A stretch of 54,618 nucleotides of DNA from Euryarchaeota archaeon UBA181 (GTDB lineage: Archaea > Thermoplasmatota > Poseidoniia > Poseidoniales > Thalassarchaeaceae). The stretch covers positions 1 through 54,618 of the forward strand of contig DALI01000068.1 in the NCBI GenBank assembly GCA_002496725.1, given 5' to 3'. This document shows, piece by piece, positions 44,534 through 53,530 of the stretch. The position numbers and the translations under genes were made by a program. Under the pieces are notes generated by a model. It worked only from the letters and a program-made list of their open reading frames with translations. It searched no databases and was not told the origin of the DNA. How positions within the stretch are numbered: the first letter of the stretch is position 1; every line of letters begins with the position of its first letter.

Positions 44534-45071
44534 TAAGTGTCAACCAGAGCTCATTCAAATCGTCGTGAAGGTCTTCAATAGCTCCTTCATTCACAATGAC
44601 CATATCGGCCAATGCGGCTGTGGCATTGAGTGCCTGTCCAGCCTCATCCTTGGCAACTTCTTCAGATTTTTCTTGAGCTATGAAAACCTCTTTCTCTAAT
44701 GGATCGCCTATCCTCGCACGACTCTGGGATCTACCCCACCTTGAATCGATACCTGCTCTTATCTCAATCAGTGTGAAATCACTTCTTTTTCTCAATGCCT
44801 CTACCTCTCCCGGTGTTCTTATGGAGTCTATGACGGCATCTTCCCCATCAAGCGAATCAAGAAGCATTTCTGCAAGTACACCCGCCCCGCCCCTTCGACG
44901 GAGCTCCCTGCCACCTTCAATCAGAGAATCCCTAGTCTCTTCTATCTCCTGCTCTGACAGCCACCGCCTTATCGAATCAGAGCATGAAGTTGTTCTCAGA
45001 CCCTTGGAAGAGAACCAGCTAACGACAGTTGTTTTCCCGGAAGCATTCCGGCCAGTCAGTCCCACGAGCAC
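44520..45071 (-). CDS. P-loop nucleotide/nucleoside-monophosphate kinase-like protein (CoaE/UPF0200-like)
   Basis: GLTGRNASGKTTV Walker A, VIDSIRTPGEVEAL and a 183-aa size. The substrate is not assignable from sequence. Confidence 0.6.
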   Translation of the reverse strand: MLVGLTGRNASGKTTVVSWFSSKGLRTTSCSDSIRRWLSEQEIEETRDSLIEGGRELRRRGGAGVLAEMLLDSLDGEDAVIDSIRTPGEVEALRKRSDFTLIEIRAGIDSRWGRSQSRARIGDPLEKEVFIAQEKSEEVAKDEAGQALNATAALADMVIVNEGAIEDLHDDLNELWLTLTKPV

Positions 45072-45104
45072 GTATTCGCGAAGGCATACTAGAGATAGTG
45101 GTTT

Positions 45105-48059
45105 CTAGCGCCAGAAAGGCCTGGTTCTAGCATATTGCAACTCGGCATTGTGAATGGCACGAAGTAATCTCACTCGATCACCAGGGGGTCCTCTGAGGAT
45201 TCTAGTAGCGGTTTCCTCTCCAACTCCCCTGCCCATGAGGCAGAGTAGTGCATCTTGTCCGTGTGTCCTAACTAGCTCTGCATTCTTCTGAACTTTTCCA
45301 GCAATCTTTTGATCACTACTCATTATCCTCTCAACTAATGAATCTTCCATTCTTTCAGGGGCACACGCCTGCATAGTCCCGCCACAAGTAGAGCAGGGCT
45401 CTACTGATACAATCCTCTCAATCCGCTTCCTTCTCTTTCCCTTACAGTTCAGGCACACCAGAACTGCCCGCTCATTCAGTAGACGAGTCTCCAATCTTTC
45501 TCTTATCTCCACGTCACTCCATGCGGGCAGGAGTAAGTCCATCTCCGCTCTTGGGGACCTTCCCAGTCTTCCTGGGGCAGTATGATGAACCGAAACCTTC
45601 CCACTTGAAATATCACTTAATAGATCCTGGGTACCTTCGATATCCATCCTCTCATGAAACAGCTTCTCCAGTGACTCTTCTATAACCGGAGTTCCTCGAT
45701 ATCTCTCCATCAATCCCTCAAGATTCACCTTTCTAGGATCTGTGCCTTTCTCAAGAACTCCCATTTTCCTAGCAACCTGAACTACTCTCCATCTTATCGC
45801 CCTTCCGTTTGGTATTGTCATCCACATGATTGATGGAATGGATGAAGCCGGAGTTCCTGTCAGGAGTTCTACAACATCACTGGGGGTCAACGAAGGCACC
45901 TGTAGTGAGACTCTGTAGGGGTCTATGGTGGATCTTCCCATTCTACCATCCTTCAGTGATCCCATCGCCTGTAGGAAATGACCAAGGGTTTCGTTTACTC
46001 TCGAACCTCTACATGTATTAACAATCACTGCGCCATCGCTTTCTGACACAGTTACAGTTCTATCATCTGGAATCAGTCCAGATGATTCATAGTGCTCTGT
46101 GACCGTACTGATTAGGTGATTCCTAGAATCATCAGAGAGGGGATATTCTTCGAAATTCCTGACATCGTCATCTATGGCGCCTATGGCAACCGCAATCGAT
46201 CTCCTGAGCATTCCTACTTCCATGGCAACTTCCAAAGGAACTGGGGGTAACTCTCCTGACCACACAGGAACCTCTCCAGAGTCCTTTATTGGAATCACCA
46301 GAATTTCCTCTTGGTCAGGGTCTGCATCTACAATCTGCCATGTTCTTCCGGCCATGACGAAGGTTCTATTCTTCTTTCTCCCACCTTCCTCCTCTCCTCC
46401 CAGTGAGAGGACGAAAGCCTCGTCTACTGATCCAAGAATACTCCTCCCGACCGCATCTCTAACCCGGTATGATAATTCATCTGGTATCATGGATATGTGT
46501 TGAATTCTATTTCTTCCAAGTCTCCCAGAGGGGGAGAACCATCCCTTGGAAAGAACTTCTGGAAGACCCTTAGATAATTGCCTCTTCCATTTATTCTTAT
46601 CAGAATCAGAGTGCTCCTCTTCCCAAGAAGGTCGTTCTTCAGGCGCATCGCCCTCGGTTCTTTTAGATAATTCAGACCAAAGCTTGCGAGGCCATGCAGT
46701 TACATCAGAGTCAGCGGGATCCTCTACTAGATTGATCATCCACCTATCGCTTAGCACCTTCAGTAGAGAAATACTATCTTCTCTTTTCCAATCTCTGAAA
46801 ATGGAGCATCTGCCAATCATATCTGTCGCTAAATCAATCGGCACCACTCCACGTTCTATGGACATCTGCATGAATTGATTCGCGGCAACTATTCCTGGAT
46901 TATTCCTCCATTCTACTCCTTCAAGCTCACCTGACATAGCTCTTCTAGCAATGACAGCTCCTTCAGCAACCTCATCAGTTTCCCAAGCCAAGAGTTCACC
47001 TCTTCCGGTTCCTCCGATTATGTGCTCTGCTCTACCCATTCTTTGAAGCAGTCTGTCAACTGCTCTGGGGCTCTGAATCTGATGAACCCTCTTTATGGAT
47101 CCGATATCAATTCCAAGCTCAAGACTACTTGTGCAAACAATCGCATGCAACTCGCCATTTCTCAGACCTTCTTCCATATTCACTCTAGTCTCTGCAGCTA
47201 GGCTTCCATGGTGAACACCAAGCTTTAGCTTACCATTCAAACCAAGCAATCGTTGAGAGACAGATTCTGCGGCATTTCGCGAGTTGACGAAGACCAAAGC
47301 AGGAAAATCCTCCAATAACGAGCGTGCGAGTCTTCTATGTGCCGCTACCGAATGAGGGGAACTCGACCAGATAATGGAATCCGCCTCATCAGAAGAGTCT
47401 GGAACTTCTCTGTGAACCAAAACCTCTGTTGTTCTTGGCGAAGGTCCAATGATAGCCAAAGCATCACTAGAAAGCCATTTAGCAGTCTCATCAGGATTCC
47501 CAACCGTTGCAGAAAGTCCCACTCTCTGAAATTTCTTGGGACAGTATTCGGCGATCCTCTCAAGCCCCACAAGTAATTGAGCGCCTCTTTCGGAGGATGC
47601 CAGATCATGAACCTCATCAAGAATCACGGCCTTCAATCCAGAAAGATGCATTCTCAATCTGCTCCCTAGAAGCATTATCTGAGCTGTCTCAGGTGTGGTT
47701 ACTAGGAGATTAGGTGGATTTTTTGATTGCTTGGTCCTTTCCCTCTGGGTGGTATCCCCATGTCTAAGTCCTACAGTAATTCCCAATGGCTGAAGCATTT
47801 CTGCGAGCCTTCTGTCAATGTCTCTGTTTAAGGCCCTGAGGGGGGTAATATACAGTATGGACAAGCCATCCCATTCTTCAGTGATAAATCTCGATGCCAG
47901 GGGAAGTATGGCGGCCTCCGTCTTCCCACTTCCGGTAGGTGAAATCAATACCCGGTCAAATCCTGAAACTAAGTCGCCCATGGATGACTCCTGAATAGGC
48001 GAAAGACTCCATCCCCTAGTGTCAATTAGTTCTTGTACATCAGGATGAAGAATACCCAT
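45105..48059 (-). CDS. lhr: Lhr-type large superfamily-2 helicase with C-terminal zinc ribbon
   Basis: SPTGSGKTEAA (motif I), LDEVHDL (II), SAT (III), QRMGRAEH (VI), and CLNCKGKRRK...CSTCGG near the C-terminus. AGGTGTGA SD upstream. Confidence 0.85.
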   Translation of the reverse strand: MGILHPDVQELIDTRGWSLSPIQESSMGDLVSGFDRVLISPTGSGKTEAAILPLASRFITEEWDGLSILYITPLRALNRDIDRRLAEMLQPLGITVGLRHGDTTQRERTKQSKNPPNLLVTTPETAQIMLLGSRLRMHLSGLKAVILDEVHDLASSERGAQLLVGLERIAEYCPKKFQRVGLSATVGNPDETAKWLSSDALAIIGPSPRTTEVLVHREVPDSSDEADSIIWSSSPHSVAAHRRLARSLLEDFPALVFVNSRNAAESVSQRLLGLNGKLKLGVHHGSLAAETRVNMEEGLRNGELHAIVCTSSLELGIDIGSIKRVHQIQSPRAVDRLLQRMGRAEHIIGGTGRGELLAWETDEVAEGAVIARRAMSGELEGVEWRNNPGIVAANQFMQMSIERGVVPIDLATDMIGRCSIFRDWKREDSISLLKVLSDRWMINLVEDPADSDVTAWPRKLWSELSKRTEGDAPEERPSWEEEHSDSDKNKWKRQLSKGLPEVLSKGWFSPSGRLGRNRIQHISMIPDELSYRVRDAVGRSILGSVDEAFVLSLGGEEEGGRKKNRTFVMAGRTWQIVDADPDQEEILVIPIKDSGEVPVWSGELPPVPLEVAMEVGMLRRSIAVAIGAIDDDVRNFEEYPLSDDSRNHLISTVTEHYESSGLIPDDRTVTVSESDGAVIVNTCRGSRVNETLGHFLQAMGSLKDGRMGRSTIDPYRVSLQVPSLTPSDVVELLTGTPASSIPSIMWMTIPNGRAIRWRVVQVARKMGVLEKGTDPRKVNLEGLMERYRGTPVIEESLEKLFHERMDIEGTQDLLSDISSGKVSVHHTAPGRLGRSPRAEMDLLLPAWSDVEIRERLETRLLNERAVLVCLNCKGKRRKRIERIVSVEPCSTCGGTMQACAPERMEDSLVERIMSSDQKIAGKVQKNAELVRTHGQDALLCLMGRGVGEETATRILRGPPGDRVRLLRAIHNAELQYARTRPFWR

Positions 48060-48088
48060 TTCTCACACCTAAATTAAATCTGAAAATT

Positions 48089-49369
48089 TCATGGATGTGG
48101 AGGAATATCATCAGACCAGTGAGACATTTTATTCAATGTAATTGTCACATTCGTCAATTCTCCCTCTTCCCAGTAATCGACAGCAATAAATGTCGGTCTG
48201 TTCACGTTTTGCTCCCAACAATCTAGTGTTCTATTCAGTAAGGTGTCATAGTCGTTAACCTCACTTGCCCCAGATGGATCAGCTAATCCAAATGTGCTTG
48301 ATAGCCAGTTACTAAGATGCCAAACCGGTTGATTGTAATCCCCTCTTCCCAATTCACAAGTCATATCACCTGCATCTCGCTGGCCGTATGGTGTATCCCA
48401 GCTATGCTTCCAAGCGGCATTGAAAAATGGATATGAATCATTATGCTCAAGCTGCACAAAGATTACTACATCCTTACCCATCAATGACATATCTCCTATT
48501 GATGGCCACGGATCGCCAAGACTGTGAATGTAAGCCCTATCTAAAATTCCAGTCTCATTGAAGAGGAACTCCAGATGTTCGGCTGGAGTGTAGTAGTTCT
48601 CAATCAATAAACTGACCACATCGCCACTACTATTGTTGAGCAAAGACCCCAATTCTCTTAGCCAAGCGAAGGCATCTACCTCGCCAAATTGACAGGCATG
48701 GAAGAATTGCCCGGTACCATGACAGAACCTGACATCTGTGGCACTAGTGTCATCTTCGGATTTATGATGTGGGTCTAGCATAAATGCCCTAATGCCACCA
48801 TCCCATTGGGCATGAAGTCCAGTATAGTGATTAGTTCCAACGATTATTTGATCTTCTACGGAAGAGTAGGAATTATGAGTCTCAGGAAATGTGAAATCAT
48901 CGTATGACCTCATGCAGTAAATACTCATTCCATGACAGGACATATAGTCCTCAGAGTTCAGATAATCGAAGCCCCGTTCTTGCTCCCAATCATTGGGAAG
49001 GCCATCTCCATCTGCGTCATTGTCCAATAAATCACATATCCTATCTCCATCATTGTCTTCCGGAGTTGATGAATTATCCATCGGATCTGCACTACAATCC
49101 ATCTCTGTAGAATCACTCCATCCATCATTATCATCATCATTATCGAGGATATCACATTCTCCATCATTGTCTAGATCAGATGGCCAGCTACTTGAAAGAA
49201 GCCAGTCAGTACTACAATTCATCTCAGTTTCATCATCCCACCCGTCACCATCAACATCCATGTCTTCGTCGTCACTTATTCCATCTCCATCTAGATCAGG
49301 AGGGCCTGAAATACATCCAGATAATAGCAACGCGAGGGCCATCAATACCGACTCGCACTTCCTTTCCAT
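48089..49369 (-). CDS. Secreted lipoprotein: thrombospondin type-3-like Ca-binding repeats plus PLC-like (PI-PLC X-domain-like) phosphodiesterase domain
   Basis: Lipobox LLLSGC. There are four to five DxDxDGxxDxxD-type repeats (DLDGDGISDDEDMDVDGDGWDDE, DLDNDGECDILDNDDDNDGWSD, DNDGDRICDLLDNDADGDGLPND). It then carries PETHNSYSS, GGIRAFMLDPHH and RFCHGTG, which resemble the small PI-PLC X-domain family. The domain call is tentative. Confidence 0.6.
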   Translation of the reverse strand: MERKCESVLMALALLLSGCISGPPDLDGDGISDDEDMDVDGDGWDDETEMNCSTDWLLSSSWPSDLDNDGECDILDNDDDNDGWSDSTEMDCSADPMDNSSTPEDNDGDRICDLLDNDADGDGLPNDWEQERGFDYLNSEDYMSCHGMSIYCMRSYDDFTFPETHNSYSSVEDQIIVGTNHYTGLHAQWDGGIRAFMLDPHHKSEDDTSATDVRFCHGTGQFFHACQFGEVDAFAWLRELGSLLNNSSGDVVSLLIENYYTPAEHLEFLFNETGILDRAYIHSLGDPWPSIGDMSLMGKDVVIFVQLEHNDSYPFFNAAWKHSWDTPYGQRDAGDMTCELGRGDYNQPVWHLSNWLSSTFGLADPSGASEVNDYDTLLNRTLDCWEQNVNRPTFIAVDYWEEGELTNVTITLNKMSHWSDDIPPHP

Positions 49370-49479
49370 TGGATATCCATGATATCACCTTCTCATGAAC
49401 CAATCGGATAAAAAACTCTGAGATAAGATGAACGAAAATAGGAAGTGACTAATCATATGTGCCGGGCCCAATAATTGCT

Positions 49480-50313
49480 ATGGCCCGCGGGAAGACGAGC
49501 AAGAAGGGGTTTTTCGCCAGATGGTGGAAATCTCAAAAAGATAGGCAATTCATGATTATCACCTATGTCACGATACTGTCCTGTGCCTCTGTATTATGGG
49601 GATTCATGTTCCTTTTCATGCTTGGAGGAGCCACAGACCCATCACAGGAAGAATTCATGATCCCGTTCGGCTGGTTCTGTCTGATTGGCGGCTCTCTTAT
49701 TTCCTTCTACGTTATTCCAGAGTTTAGCTACTACTGGTCAGAGAGAAGTGCGCTCGAAGATATTCTTTCCTTAGATGCCAGAACAGAGGTCATAAAGAGG
49801 AGAAAGGAGGCAGAAGATGCTGCAGAAATACTAGGGCGTAAATACCAATCTAGATTGATGGGCCTGTATGATCATCTTCAGATAAGAGGAGGTAAGAGAT
49901 TCAAAGTAGAATCATTGAATCCACTCGGAAAGGAACAAGGAGCAATCGGATTATTTCCAGATTTAGTAGGTTCTGACTGGTGGAATACTGAAAAATCCCT
50001 ACTTTCTGAGAGATTACCCGGTTTAATCTCACTAAGGAAAAAAGAGACCAATAGACTGGTAATCATATCCTCGATATCTGCAGTCACATTACTTCTGTTA
50101 AACTCGCTATTTGGATTTTCAATCGGCACAGGAGGATTTAACAATCAAACAATAGACCTATCTGCATATCTTTCTTCCGTGGAAGATATGAGTTTTTCCT
50201 CCCCTCATCTCGATCTTGTCAGTATTCTATTAATTATATTCTTTAGCATACTAACCATCTCCACTATGCCGGCCAGGAAAACCAGTAACCAAGAGGAAGA
50301 GGTAGATGTCTAG
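49480..50313 (+). CDS. Four-TM membrane protein of unknown function with central charged cytoplasmic domain
   Basis: Basic N-terminus MARGKTSKKGFFARWWK, two TM pairs and a coiled charged middle. Its stop overlaps the signal peptidase ATG by 8 nt. Confidence 0.55.
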   Translation: MARGKTSKKGFFARWWKSQKDRQFMIITYVTILSCASVLWGFMFLFMLGGATDPSQEEFMIPFGWFCLIGGSLISFYVIPEFSYYWSERSALEDILSLDARTEVIKRRKEAEDAAEILGRKYQSRLMGLYDHLQIRGGKRFKVESLNPLGKEQGAIGLFPDLVGSDWWNTEKSLLSERLPGLISLRKKETNRLVIISSISAVTLLLLNSLFGFSIGTGGFNNQTIDLSAYLSSVEDMSFSSPHLDLVSILLIIFFSILTISTMPARKTSNQEEEVDV

Positions 50314-51118
50314 GGCTTTGGCTAGGGAAGTTTTCCTCGCCTTTGGCCTGGTTTCTTTATTGCTTGGCTCGATGTATCTCTCGACCGGGACATTCCCCCC
50401 AATGGTCGTCGTCGAATCTGGTTCCATGATGCACGATGAAGATGGGCAGGTCGGAGTAATAGATCCCGGCGACTTGGTTCTGGTGATTAACCCAGATAGA
50501 AAGAACATAGTGACATTCGTGGAGGCAACTGATTCTCAGAATGAAAATTTTGGCTATAAATCACACGGCATGGAAGGGGATGTAATCGTCTTCAGCAAGA
50601 ATGGAGGTTCCGATACCCCTGTAATTCACAGGGCATTACTCAAGGCAGTTGAGAATGAATCAGGAGGATGGGACGTCCCCGGGACCACACTAAGGGGAGT
50701 GGATAGTATCAATTTGACCTTGGACTATAGTTGCCAGTCTTATCATGGAAATACCCATGATCTAAGAATCGACAATTGGGTACCTTCACATGAGGGCTAT
50801 CTTACTACTGGGGATAACCAAGATAGTAATGGGTGTAGGATAGATCAACTTTCTGCTACTGGGCAAGATGGAAGAAATGGCCTATTGGATGAAAATAATA
50901 ATCCAGTCACTGCAGTCAAGGATGAATGGGTAATTGGAATAGCCTCTACTGAGATCCCATGGATAGGGGCGGCCAAGCTATTATTCTCCCCTCCTCCATC
51001 TGCATCTTATGTTACTGATAAGACTTGGACTATGCTTGGACTAGTCATAGCTACAATTTTGGTAGCTCCTAGTATTCTAGATGTGATTTCTCGAAATCCT
51101 TCTTCCGAAGAAGAATGA
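50306..51118 (+). CDS. Signal peptidase I, archaeal/eukaryotic Sec11 (S26B) type, with large insertions
   Basis: N-terminal TM helix, VVESGSMMH (catalytic Ser), PVIHRAL (catalytic His), YLTTGDNQDSN (GDN box) and a C-terminal TM helix. Confidence 0.8.
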   Translation: MSRALAREVFLAFGLVSLLLGSMYLSTGTFPPMVVVESGSMMHDEDGQVGVIDPGDLVLVINPDRKNIVTFVEATDSQNENFGYKSHGMEGDVIVFSKNGGSDTPVIHRALLKAVENESGGWDVPGTTLRGVDSINLTLDYSCQSYHGNTHDLRIDNWVPSHEGYLTTGDNQDSNGCRIDQLSATGQDGRNGLLDENNNPVTAVKDEWVIGIASTEIPWIGAAKLLFSPPPSASYVTDKTWTMLGLVIATILVAPSILDVISRNPSSEEE

Positions 51119-52630
51119 CTAGATAATTAACATCAATATCGGGATTATCACGACCATCAGCATCGCAATAGTTGTGAACCCACTAATTGATCCAGCGAGC
51201 CTCTCTACCCTCAGAGGATTACTGCCCTTCATCAATCTGGATAGAATTGAGTGCGTCCCATCTCTAACCATATGCCCCCCATCAAATGGAACTATTGGAA
51301 GTAGATTTAGGAATCCAAGCAGGAAGTTGACCCAAATTAGCCAAAAGAGGAAGTCAAACAGTGATAGGAGACTTTCTGTTCCAAGGGAAGAGAGAATAAA
51401 ATCATCATCAACCTCTAGCATGAATCTCTCATTAAGCTCCATGGTCTGACCATCATATGCCATTGGTGTTCCAATCATAGACAGAGGAGTGAATGTAACC
51501 ATAATCAGTTTCTGCGCCAAAGAAAGCTCATCATCGAACATAAAAGAGAACTGATCTGTCTGAAATGTTCCTGCCCTAGGATAACTTACTCCCAAGAAAG
51601 CCTCACCTTCTTCTATTCCATAATTATCCAAAACATCCCTGGTATCGGATAGACATGCCTCATCTCCATTACACAGATCCAAGTAATACTGTCTTTTATC
51701 CCCGAGGGTAACTGGAACTTCGGAACTATCTCCCCACTCGCCAGAATCGGAGGAGTAAGGAATAACAGTGAATATCGCGACATCTCCAGACTCCAATGAG
51801 TCCATCTGCTCAGAGAAGGAATTGTAGTCAGGAACCTCAATTCCATCTACATGAGTGATTATGTCATATGGCATTATTCCAGCTTCATCTGCTCCACCAT
51901 CATCTATTATCGCGATCGCATGGATTCCTGGATTTGATGCTACGAACCCAGTTGAGACAAATCCCAAAATCAACAGGAAAATGAATGTAGCTACTAGATT
52001 TATCGAAGGTCCAGCGGCGAAAAGTCGTAAACGCTCCCTCCTAGGGGCCATGATCATATCCATTTGCTCCGGTTCTGCGAATGCACCAACTGGGATTGGT
52101 CCGGCCATCAGCAAACCAAAGCTCTTGACTTCCATGCCATGTGCTCTCGCCTGTATTCCATGGCTGTACTCGTGGATTAGCAATGTAATGACTAGGGCCA
52201 GTGCTGGCCACCAGAATGGAATAAAGCTAGTTACACCTGGAATGAAGAGGATATCAGTAGCTGGTAAAGATCCCTGAGGAGGTGAATTCATAGAAGTGAT
52301 GAATGCGAAAACCATCAATATAACCACTCCGAACATCACTAAGAAGCATAGCCAGATGGAGAACTCACCAAAAAACCTCCAGAATCTTCTATTCTTGGAA
52401 ATATACTCAAGAAAGCCCCTCCCTCTAGTAGTTCTAATCATCAATACAATCCCAAGAATCCTTTCAAGATTCCACTTCTCTAGGAACCCAGACTCTTCAA
52501 GGTACAAAGCAAGAATATACCATCCCCCCAATGCCACTACGGCCCAGAAAGGCAATATTCCGAAAATAAGGAGCATTGTGAAGATCAGTATTGGGTAGAT
52601 GGGAATTTTGACCCCCCCTTCTCCCTCCAT
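51119..52630 (-). CDS. Site-2 protease family (M50) membrane metalloprotease with PDZ domain
   Basis: LLIHEYSHGIQARAHG (HExxH), FLNLLPIVPFDGGHM (NxxPxxxLDG-like) and a central PDZ-like IIDDGGADEAGIMPYDIITHVDG. Confidence 0.9.
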   Translation of the reverse strand: MEGEGGVKIPIYPILIFTMLLIFGILPFWAVVALGGWYILALYLEESGFLEKWNLERILGIVLMIRTTRGRGFLEYISKNRRFWRFFGEFSIWLCFLVMFGVVILMVFAFITSMNSPPQGSLPATDILFIPGVTSFIPFWWPALALVITLLIHEYSHGIQARAHGMEVKSFGLLMAGPIPVGAFAEPEQMDMIMAPRRERLRLFAAGPSINLVATFIFLLILGFVSTGFVASNPGIHAIAIIDDGGADEAGIMPYDIITHVDGIEVPDYNSFSEQMDSLESGDVAIFTVIPYSSDSGEWGDSSEVPVTLGDKRQYYLDLCNGDEACLSDTRDVLDNYGIEEGEAFLGVSYPRAGTFQTDQFSFMFDDELSLAQKLIMVTFTPLSMIGTPMAYDGQTMELNERFMLEVDDDFILSSLGTESLLSLFDFLFWLIWVNFLLGFLNLLPIVPFDGGHMVRDGTHSILSRLMKGSNPLRVERLAGSISGFTTIAMLMVVIIPILMLII

Positions 52631-52707
52631 AGACTTGACAATACTCCCCTCCTATTCAACTTGCGTCCCATAAAAACGCACATTACTCCAAACCTCTTCG
52701 GATATTC

Positions 52708-52893
52708 GTGTCCGATAGTCCAGTAGGCGATCTGTCTCCTCGAAAAAATGCCAGAGAGATAGACTCTCTCAGAAGGGAAAGAGATAGCATCAAGAGAATT
52801 TTATCCCAATCTAATCTAGATGAAATGAGATCAGAATTGGAAAAATTGTACATTTCATTCGATACATTGGAAAGAGAATTCGGGGGAATCTAA
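52708..52893 (+). CDS. Possible 61-aa coiled-coil protein
   Basis: The only support is a GTG-started ORF with heptad-like charged sequence. Its end overlaps the hjc stop by 4 nt on the opposite strand. Confidence 0.2.
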   Translation: MSDSPVGDLSPRKNAREIDSLRRERDSIKRILSQSNLDEMRSELEKLYISFDTLEREFGGI

Positions 52894-53486
52894 TTCAGAA
52901 CCTTGGACTCTATCTCCATTCTCACTACATCCTTGGAAAAACTCTCGCCGATTGACCTAGAGCCATCAGATTTGCATACCAGAGCCAAAAATCTATGCAA
53001 TGGCATTCCCTGATTCCAATCTAGGAATTCCCTGCCATTCCTCGTTAGGGGGAGAGAGGGGATACTTCTAGATAGATGCCGTAATTTACCTTTCAGGCCT
53101 TCTACTTCCACCTTCATGATTCTCCAACTATCCCCTCTCACTCCCTTGAGTCTGAAAGCATAAAGAGGGAGTAATCCACACCTTTCTCCAGTTTCCTTCA
53201 GGGATTTGAATTGATCAGAGGTTCGTCCAGAAAGATAAAGACGCGAGGTCTTCGATGATTTCACCTCTATCGGGAAACATATGTCGCCTCTCAAAGCTAG
53301 TAAATCTCCTGTGCCCTCGGAGCCACTACCCGGCGCTCTAACGACTAGAAATGGCCTATTGGTAACTTTCATAGCCTGAGACCTCTCTATCTCTGAACAG
53401 GATCTGGTAACGGCCCTTACTCCCTTCAACTCTCCAGCTAGCACGGAGCGAAGCTCTCTTTCATACTGGCTCCCTATGCTGCCCAT
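52890..53486 (-). CDS. hjc: Holliday junction resolvase Hjc (PD-(D/E)xK), with N-proximal insertion and C-terminal extension
   Basis: GSQYERELRSVL, FLVVRAPGSGS, GDLLAL and FPIEVKSSK....LYLS line up with the Sulfolobus/Pyrococcus Hjc motifs (ER-E, VVRAPxSGS, PDIIA, IExKS). 198 aa versus ~125-145 aa typical. Confidence 0.75.
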   Translation of the reverse strand: MGSIGSQYERELRSVLAGELKGVRAVTRSCSEIERSQAMKVTNRPFLVVRAPGSGSEGTGDLLALRGDICFPIEVKSSKTSRLYLSGRTSDQFKSLKETGERCGLLPLYAFRLKGVRGDSWRIMKVEVEGLKGKLRHLSRSIPSLPLTRNGREFLDWNQGMPLHRFLALVCKSDGSRSIGESFSKDVVRMEIESKVLN

Positions 53487-53530
53487 GCAACTATCGTATT
53501 CTCAGGGTTAATGAGAACATTGGTTCGATA

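Noticed and set aside
44096-48059. dCMP deaminase + kinase + helicase as a nucleotide-depletion antiviral defence system.
   Set aside because: The deaminase is a minimal ComEB-type enzyme with a normal SD start. The helicase is a canonical Lhr. No nuclease, sensor or toxin-like partner is present, and no mobile-element hallmarks are nearby. It is retained only as a low-interest finding.
48993-49382. 129-aa Ser-rich plus-strand ORF opposite the TSP3-repeat lipoprotein gene.
   Set aside because: It is the reverse-complement reading of Asp codon runs (GAT/GAC read as ATC/GTC-type codons), which gives poly-Ser/Leu. It has no independent support.
53522-53530. GGTTCGATA, a tRNA T-loop-like string between the hjc and macro genes.
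   Set aside because: The whole intergenic gap is 44 nt and both flanks are coding, so there is no room for a ~72-nt cloverleaf and no matching acceptor stem.
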